The notes under the pieces are model-generated. The model saw only the letters and a list, made by a program, of their open reading frames with translations. It was not told where the DNA came from and ran no database searches. A stretch of DNA of 64,000 nt, from NCBI RefSeq assembly GCF_004010195.1, contig NC_057718.1, positions 5,094,195 to 5,158,194 of the forward strand, in the 5' to 3' direction. The translations under genes were made by a program, and so were the position numbers. Positions 1-64,000 of the stretch are shown in pieces. The stretch comes from Chiloscyllium plagiosum (lineage: Eukaryota). Position 1 is the first letter of the stretch; every line of letters begins with the position of its first letter.

Positions 1-345
1 TGCAACATCACTTCACGATTCTTGAATTCAATCCCTCTGCTAATGAACGCTAATACACCATTGGCCTTCTTACAAGCTCTATCCACCTGAGTGGCAACTT
101 GCAAATACCTATGAACATAGACCCCTAGATCCCTCTGTTCCTCCACCTCACTACGAACCCTACCGTTAACCCTGTATTCCGCATTCTTATTTGTCTTTCC
201 AAAATGGACAACCTCACACTTGGCAGGGTTGAACTCCATCTGCCACTCCTCAGCCCAGCTCTGCATCATATCTGAGTCCCTTTGCAGCCGACAAGAGCCC
301 TCCTCACTATCCACAACTCCACCAATCTTCGGATCATCTGCAATC
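1..345 (-). mobile_element. CR1-type LINE reverse-transcriptase fragment
   Basis: Reverse complement reads as the CR1 ORF2 C-terminal region (WQMEFNPAKCEVVHFG...GIEFK); runs off the window edge. Confidence 0.75.
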
Positions 346-1930
346 TTCGTATCATTTAGTTTTCTGACATTCCTGCGAAGCTCACTGGAATGTTTACTGC
401 TTTAAAGGAGTTACGTAGATAGTGGAGTTAGCACTGCAGACGCTGAAGGTCAGAAATAATAGGAAAAATAAAATAAAAATTCTGGGACCTCTCTACAGGA
501 CAGGCAGCATGCAGACTTAATGTTTTAGTTTGATGACCTACCACCGCTGACCCAGTTCTGATGCAGTGTGCCTTGAGTAGAAACATTACTCTCTGCACTG
601 ACCCTGTGCTACGGAGTGTTTCCAGAACTTTGTTTTTATTTCATAATGAAGAAAGTTGCTGACCTTACAGATTGCTACTCTATATCTCCCTTGTTTTGAC
701 CTTGCTAAACCATATTGCAACTATAAAGAGCTCAATCAGCTCTATAAAGAGAGAGCCCCCAGTAGGTCTGGTCTTTAATAATTATAATTGGTCAGTTCAC
801 CTATCATCTCATAAATCAATTTTACACCTTCTCCACAGTCTGTGTATCCTTTTATATCGTGGGAGACCAGACCTATTTCTATATTCTTTGATGTAATTTT
901 ACAAAGGTTCTGCAGAAAATTAAAGTAACTGTTCAATTCTTGAAGTAAACGCCAGTGCTTTGTTTTGACTTTTTGTCACATGAATAAATCCTGTTGTAGC
1001 TTTTATTAATTTGTGAATAGTTTGTTTCTTTGACCCGTATTGTGACTTGGTAATTCGTCCAGCCGAAATGCATCACCTCATACTTGTTTACGTTGAGATG
1101 GATGTATGTCCTCTGCCTGATATTTTCCTGAAGGTGACTTGTGCTATGTTAAAGCCTTGAATTGTTGAAAAAATACTGTGCTTTTTCTATTTGGAATTTT
1201 TCAAACACGCAGAAAATGTGAATTGAAGCAAACTATATTGTTCCACATACAGAACTGGACAGCTTTGAAATAAAGCTATCATCAAGCAGGGCTAGGGATT
1301 AGAGGAAACTTTCTTTCCACTCAGAGTCATGGAAAAATGGAACAGACTCCCTTTCAAAGCACATTTGTTAACACTGTGCTAATTAATGCCCACACAAAGG
1401 CATGCTTTCAGTATCTGCTTAAGAACAGGATTACAAGCCCACAGGGTTAATTTCAGCAAAGGGAAAGCATCTTACATCTGTGAATTGCTTTACAGCGTAC
1501 TTCACGTTCAAGATATTATTTTGAAGGGGCGTCATGGCACAGCAAGATCCCAAAAATGACTTGGGGGATGGTGGCATTTGGAAGAGTCAGTAGGAGAGCA
1601 TATTCTCATGCCATAATTTCATGTGATTGTTTACCATCCGTTTGGAAGGGCCAGGTGAGGTCTCAGCTAATGAATTTTGTTCAGCAGATGGATTATCCCA
1701 CACTGCTCCATTAAACACCACGGTTGCTGGGGAACATCAACGTCACTAGTGTAGCCCTGATTCTGGGAAACCTCAAATGATCAGCCGGCTTCTTGCACCG
1801 ATACAATTTGATCCAGCTCTCTCGCTGTCTCTAAGCAGAGCCAGTGCATGGGCCTTTGAAAGGGTCTCTGGGATTTGAGGACGCTGGAGCCAGGAAACTG
1901 GATTGCAGACTCCAAGCTTCATAAACACAC

Positions 1931-2098
1931 TCTGGATTAGTGGTGCTGGAAGAGCACAGCAGTTCAGGCAGCATCCAAGGAGCTTCGAAATCGACGTTTC
2001 GGGCTTTTGCTCCTCGGATGCTGCCTGAACTGCTGTGCTCTTCCAGCACCACTAATCCAGAATTTGGTTTCCACATCTGCAGTCATTGTTTTTACCTA
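1931..2098 (+). mobile_element. Penelope-derived hairpin insertion, family A
   Basis: Inverted arms 1931-1983 and 2009-2061 plus tail; 11-bp TSD CATAAACACAC (1920-1930, 2099-2109). Confidence 0.8.
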
Positions 2099-2974
2099 CA
2101 TAAACACACCTCATGCCAATGCCAGTTTAACATGTTCATGAGTCACGTTTGATATAAAGAGGTTAGATTGTCAGTTTGCAAAACTCTGGAGATTCAAGTT
2201 ACTGTTGCAATGTGTGTGGTTGTTTGTGGTGGTTATGGATCATGAGCTTGCACTGTGTCTCCGCATAGTAGCCTGTGCATTCAAGTCTCGCTCCATCGGG
2301 CTGAGCAGGACACTGAGGCTGTCACAGTGCAGTGCTGCAGGAGTGCTGTGTTATTGGAACCGTCTATCTTGTATGAGTTATTAAATTGCCCAGTCTGTGT
2401 GCAAAGCATTGCACATAACCAAAGATGAACCCAGGATTATCCCAGGGATGGGATATGGGACTGTTCATTTAGAAAACCTGGTCAGCAGGGACTCATTGGG
2501 CCGAAGGGTCTGTTTCCGTGCTCTCTGACTCTCCCTCTCTCATTCACTCATTCCCACACTCCATCTCTCATATTCTTCCTTTCTCATCTGCTCAATATTT
2601 CTTTCCCCACTGTCTTTATCTTTTTCCCTCCCCTTCCTCTCCCATTCACTGTCTCTTCCTCGCCCACTCAAACTCTCACCCACTCACACATCCATTCAGT
2701 CATTCATTCACGAGAACAGTGGTTGTGCTGTCTGGAAAATTAAACAATCCGCATGTAGTGCTTTTGAATCTCTTCGAGTGCTTTCAGGTCATTCACAAAA
2801 CAGAACCATCAGCTGAGAGTTAGTTTCCCTGCAAATCAATCAGTACCCTTGCCCATGCCAGGGTAGATAGATCTATGTCTTTTCATATCTTTCTGAAATC
2901 GATGTGGAAAACCAGAATTAAGTGTTTTATTTATTGTCAACGGAGTGGATGACCCGTCTTTTCCTGGACTTCCA

Positions 2975-4372
2975 GCATCAAAGATGACTGGATACAACTA
3001 ATTGGATTTACTCCACATGGTATCAAAGAACAGCTGAAGGCACTGGATACAGCAAAGACTATGGGCCCTGACAACATTCCGGCAATAGTACTGAAGACGC
3101 GTGCTGCAGAACCTGCTGCTCACCCAGGCAAGCTCTTCCAGCACAGTTAGAACACTGGCTTCGACTTGACAATGTGAAAAATTTCCCGGGTATATCCTGA
3201 TATGAACATAAACAAGACAAACCCGGCCCTGCCATCGATTATTTACATTGTGGTGGGAGGAGTCATTGACAGCGCTGTCGAGCAGCAACAGTTTAGCAAC
3301 AATCTGCTCACCAAGATTGCATTAGGGCCTGTTTCCACACTGTAAGTAATCTAATCTAATGAACATAAACAAGACAAACCCGGCCCTGCCATTGATTATT
3401 TACATTGTGGTGGGAGGAGTCATTGACAGCGCTGTCGAGCAGCAACAGTTTAGCAACAATCTGCTCACCAAGATTGCATTTGGGTGCCACCAAGGCCACT
3501 CAGCTCCTGACCTCTGCCTTGGTTCAAACATGGGCAGAAGGGCTGAACTCCAGAGGGGAAGGGAGGTTGCTGCCTATCATTAATGGACATGTTCGTTGAC
3601 GATTCCACAATATTTAGCACCGTTCACAATTCCTCAGATATTGAATAAGACCATGCTCACGTGAACTAAGACCTGGGTGATATCCACGTCTGGGATAAAA
3701 AGTGGCAAGCAACTTTGCACCGCACCAGTGTCAGGCAATGATCATTACAAGGAGAGAGTCTAACCATTGCACCTTCTGGTTTCATGGTATTCCCATCACT
3801 GAAGCTCCCAGCATCAACATTCTTGGGGTTACCATTGACCAGAAATCACATTGGACTCACTATATAAATATTGCAGCTACAAGGGTAGGTCAGAGGCTAT
3901 GAATCTTGCAACAAGTAACTCACCTTCTGTCTGCCCAAGCCCTGAACATCAATTACAAGGCACAAGTCAGGAGTGTGATGGAATACTCCCCACTTGCCCT
4001 GGATGGATGCAGCTCCAACAACACTCAAGAAGCTTGACACCATCCAGGGCAAAGCAGCCCCTTGATTGGCACCAAATCCATAACCATCCACTCCCTCCAC
4101 CACTGACACTCAGTCGAAGCAATGTCCACTTGGTGTAAGTTCTCCTCCAAGCCAATCCCCATCCTGCCTTGGAAATATATCATTGTTCCTTCAATGTCAC
4201 TGGGTCAAAGTCCTGGAATTCCCTCTCTAAAGGCATTGTGGATTTACCTACAGCACGTGGACTGCAGCAGTTCAAGAAGGCAGCTTACCCCCACTTTCTC
4301 AAGGGCAATTAGAGATGGGCAATAAATGCTGAAGCTGTCAGTGACGTTCACGACCCATGAAAGAATGAAATT
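2975..4372 (+). mobile_element. Decayed LINE (CR1/L2 clade), RT region plus 3' tail
   Basis: Fragments such as INILGVTIDQK and TLKKLDTIQ with frameshifts; 3' tail GGGCAATAAATGCTG shared with other copies. Confidence 0.75.
3202..3480 (+). repeat. 122-bp direct duplication flanking a 35-bp SINE/CR1 tail
   Basis: 3202-3323 and 3359-3480 differ at one position. Confidence 0.9.
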
Positions 4373-4879
4373 GAAGACTTTGTCATTGCGACCATTCTCT
4401 ATTACTGCCCCAGTGGGAAACATTAGTCCCTAAAATACTAAAACAGTTTTTCCTGTTGAGTGAAATTCAGAATTTTGTTCCAGATTAGGGTCAGACTGTA
4501 TTTTCAGCTTCCATCTTCCCAAAACTGAATTGGGGTTTCCCGGACTGAATACACATGGATCAGTAAAAAGAAGTCTCACTGTACCAGTCTGGGTTGGTGT
4601 TAACCCACTCTGCTATTGGCTCCTTCAGAAATTAATTCCTCTGTGTTAGTCTTTCGATATTTTGATTTGATTTATTATTGTCACGTGTATGGAGATACAG
4701 TGAAAAGGGTTGTTTTGCATGCTCTATAGGCAGATCATGCCATACGAAGTGTAGCAGGGTAACAGAACAGAGTGCAGAATACAGTGCTACAGCCACAGAG
4801 AAGGTGCACAGAGATCAACATTAACATTTGAGAGGTCTGTTCAAATGTCTGATAAGAGTGGGGAAGAAGCTGTTCTTGA

Positions 4880-5136
4880 CAATAGACAATAGGGCGCAGG
4901 AGTAGGCCATTCTGCCCTTCGAGCCTGCACCACCATTCAATATGATCATGGCTGATCATCCTTAATCAGTATCCTGTTCCTGCCTTATCTCCATAACCCT
5001 TGATTCCACAATCCTTGAGAGCTGTATCCAACCAGAGTGTCCAATCCTTTAATAATCTTATATGTCTCAATCGGATCCCCTCTCAGTCTTCTAAGCTCAA
5101 GGGTATACAAGCCCAGTCGCTCCAGTCTTTCAGTGC
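4880..5136 (-). mobile_element. CR1 3'-end fragment nested in an older repeat (about 4665-5420)
   Basis: (CAATAGA)n tail; 13-bp TSD AAGCTGTTCTTGA at 4867-4879 and 5137-5149. Confidence 0.7.
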
Positions 5137-5562
5137 AAGCTGTTCTTGAATCTGTTTGTACGTGTATTCAAACTTTTTTATGGTTCTGTTTGACAGAAGA
5201 GGGTGGAAGAGAGTTTTACTGGGATGGGAGGGGTCTTTGATGATGTTGGTCGCTTTGCTGAGGCAGTGGGAAATATAGATGGAGTCAGCGGAAGCAAGGC
5301 TGGTTTACGTGATGGACTGGGCTGTGATCTTGAAAATGTCATTCACCACTATCGCAGCTTGATGCACTTTGTGAAATTGGACTTGCAGTTTTCCTGCCAA
5401 CATGCGGGTCATTACTATGATCCACTTTTCAGCTGGTTCTTCCTGTTCCTGGAAATTCAGGGAGATCTCTGAATGCAGACCATCCCAAGATATCTCTAAT
5501 TGCTTGATAATTTGCTACATTTAAACCATTCACATTCTCCCTTTCTCCCTGTTCGTTGACAG

Positions 5563-61411
<55,849 letters not shown>

Positions 61412-64000
61412 AGTAATAAAGGCTCAGGGAGAGAGACTGAAATTGTCGAGGATTGAAGACGGTGCATGAGGCTACACCAGATGTGTTCTGTGCACCTTCC
61501 CTGCCAAGAGGCAGATGTTCAACAGAGGGCTGACCATGCAACAACAACAAAACCATCACACACAAAAAAAAGTTTTAATATCTAAGTAATTTTTTAAAAA
61601 AGATTCTTTCTCTGTGGAGGCAGGCTGGCTTCTTTTGTTGAGGCAGGGGGGTGGGGACTATGTTGATGTAATGGCAATGGAGATTGGGGGTTAGGTAGAG
61701 AGGTGATGATGGTGGGGGAAATGAATCCCAGATAAAGGGGAACTGTTTTTAAAGCTTTCCAGCAAAACAAATGTCATTCCCTCCTTGCTGCCAATGTGTC
61801 AGGCAGGTGACCAGTCAGTACTGTGGTGCTTTGTTGTTGTGTTCTCCAGTGTCCAGAACTATGGTCAGGGTGTTGTCTCCCTGCCATTAACAAGCTGTTC
61901 TCTGCTACCCTCTTGTTCTGGAGGAGGCAAACTGATTCTGTAAAGGGGGAACCTATTCCTTCATGTAACTACAGCAAATGACTGCTATTAGCTGTTCAAA
62001 ACTGCACAGAAAGCTGTCCTGATGGTAGCTCCAAACCATACACCACTCATATTCTGCATAAAAAAAACACATTGAACTAAAAAAAAGCCTCTAGTGTGTG
62101 TCTGTGGTGTTACTGGTTTCTCCTCTTACCTCCCCTCCTCCCCTCCTTCTCCCCCCCCACCACCCCCACCACCACCCCAACCCTCTGCTAATTTTCTAAG
62201 CCGGTAATACTTATTTATGGGATGTGCGGTGACTGCTTTAGTTGCCAATGTCTGTAACAGAAGAAAATCTCTATTTTATTGTGTCAAGTGGGACATTTTA
62301 AGATGGGCATGAATTGACTGCTCAATGAGCTTAATGAGAGCGAAGCCTGATCCAGACAAGAGTGGAGCTGTAGAGAGGCAGGTCAATGATGGTCAGTAAC
62401 TCTTTCTCACTGGGGGAGGAAGGAGAGCTGGCACTAGGACCATAGGAAATGGAACCTAGATTCTAACCACATATTTAACTTTGAATGATGGAGATCAGAC
62501 TGGGTTCAAGTGGATTAGAGCCATTGGCCATAGATTTTTTTTTTTCACTCATTTTCACCCTCAACCCAACTTTCACCACAGCTCCCTCTGCCTCCGAAAT
62601 GTACTTATTCAATTGGAAAGGGGTTGGGGGCTAGCTGGGCAAGTTGCCCTTGTTCCTGCAGAGCGTTTGGTAGTCTTTTTTTATTGAGACCTCAAGGACA
62701 CCTTGATAAAACGTGTAACCATGTCCTCTCATTGTTTTGCTATGGCCTGACTGGTCACGTTTCCCCACTCTGCTCACTTCCCCAGGGTGTCTTCACTCAC
62801 TGCCCCAGATTACAGGGTAGCAAATGACGGTGATCTTTAAACCAGAAATCACCCCTAGACACTCATGCCTGAAAATGAAAGGTTTTGATCTGGGGAAACA
62901 AAGTTGGAGAGCCTTCATGTGAAAGGCTGATAGAAAGACAGTTAATGAGCTACAATCACAACTCACCATGTCTTACTGCAGAGTGGGGAGCTGGCTATTT
63001 TCAAACCTTGCCATTGTACCAAAACACCCTCCAACCATTGTCCATCCAATTGACTCGCTTTCTCTTTAGTTCAACAATTTAGTCTTTCAAGTTTTATCAA
63101 AATGAAGGAGAGGGGAGAAATTTGGTATCTGCTTGTGTACTTTCTGTCTCGGCTCTTGCGTTTGTTATTTCTAACCCTGGACGGAGGACTTGGAATTGAG
63201 AAGGACCAAATTTTTTTTCCCAAATGGTTTGCGATATTCAGCCATTTTTTTTTTTCAAAAATGAAGATTCATGTTCAGTACAGGAGAAACCATGGTGGTT
63301 TGTGGTCAGTCAGGAGGGACAACTGTGAAAAAGGGCAAAGGCTTTGCTAACAAGGGTTGACTGGGGACACTGCTCAGGAGAATGTTTATTTTAATCAGTT
63401 GTAGTGGGATGCCAGAGTTACAATGGGGATGACAATTTTCTCAGATGGCAATTGGCTATCTGCTGTTGAAATGTAACTTTCCTGTGAATCCACTGAAGGG
63501 AAGTAAGAGAGTAAACGATTCCACATCGTTGAAAGAGTGTAAACTGATTGTGAATTTAAAATACTTCTGTAAACTGTGAGCTGGAAAAGAGGAAACATTG
63601 ATATATGATGAAGTTTATACCCAGTATGCTGTCACATGTTGGTACATGATGCTGTGGACATCTAGTACGCTGCCAGATGAACTGTCATATGTTGTACTAC
63701 ATCCAGAGCTGTTTGATCTTGCCTCCAATATCTGCCGTGCTTGTCCACCCTCCATTACAACCTGCTGACTCTGGGAACAGTAACTCCTTTATCCCCTGCC
63801 CTCAGCTATCAGCTCCTCCTTGTGTTGCCAGAGGAGATGGAGACCCATTCTTTCATGTTTACTATTACCCTCCTTCCCTGTAGGGAAGCACGCTAGAAGA
63901 ATGGCAGCAGCTTTCTGCCTTATCCCGGAATACCTTTTTTTTTATTAAGAGGTTTGAAAAGCAAATTAAAATGTAAGAGAAAACAATGCTCCAACTTAAT
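61412..64000 (+). other. Probable 3' UTR of the PHACTR2-like gene (end not determined)
   Basis: Follows the stop codon; no recognisable transposons for about 2.6 kb, unlike the introns; AATAAA at 61415-61420 and ATTAAA at 63965-63970. Confidence 0.6.

Noticed and set aside
1931..2061. Palindromes as CRISPR repeats, terminators or DNA-transposon MITEs
   Set aside because: Eukaryotic intron context, no regular repeat-spacer array, variable TSD length and linkage to a Penelope coding remnant
1..5560. PHACTR N-terminal exon with the KPWKW-basic motif
   Set aside because: Not found by eye; it presumably lies upstream of the window

Overview
Eukaryotic, intron-rich vertebrate DNA. The repeat content (HE1-like tRNA SINEs, Deu-domain SINEs, CR1/L2 LINEs, Penelope-derived hairpins) points to a cartilaginous fish, probably a shark; this is an inference. 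The only gene found is a + strand PHACTR (phosphatase and actin regulator) family member most similar to PHACTR2. I reconstructed 11 GT-AG coding exons (5563-61411, 1538 nt, phases consistent) encoding four RPEL actin-binding motifs and the C-terminal PP1-binding region ending in TRFHRP*. The N-terminal exons lie upstream of the window. Nearly all ORF-track entries are spurious or transposon-derived. Two features stand out. (1) The introns hold about 20 short, often palindromic and TSD-flanked insertions from at least three families. They carry a minimal type-I hammerhead ribozyme motif (CUGANGA-stem II-GAAA-palindrome-UH) with covarying stem II, and one copy is still attached to a Penelope GIY-YIG coding remnant. 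(2) An intronic TATA/GC-box/Inr promoter-like region with an in-frame Kozak ATG, plus a nearby CRE/kB/ETS-IRF cluster, predicts a 127-aa C-terminal PHACTR isoform. There are three assembly gaps (45506-46251, 54154-54653, 60708-60820). Repeat boundaries are approximate, and no database searches were run.
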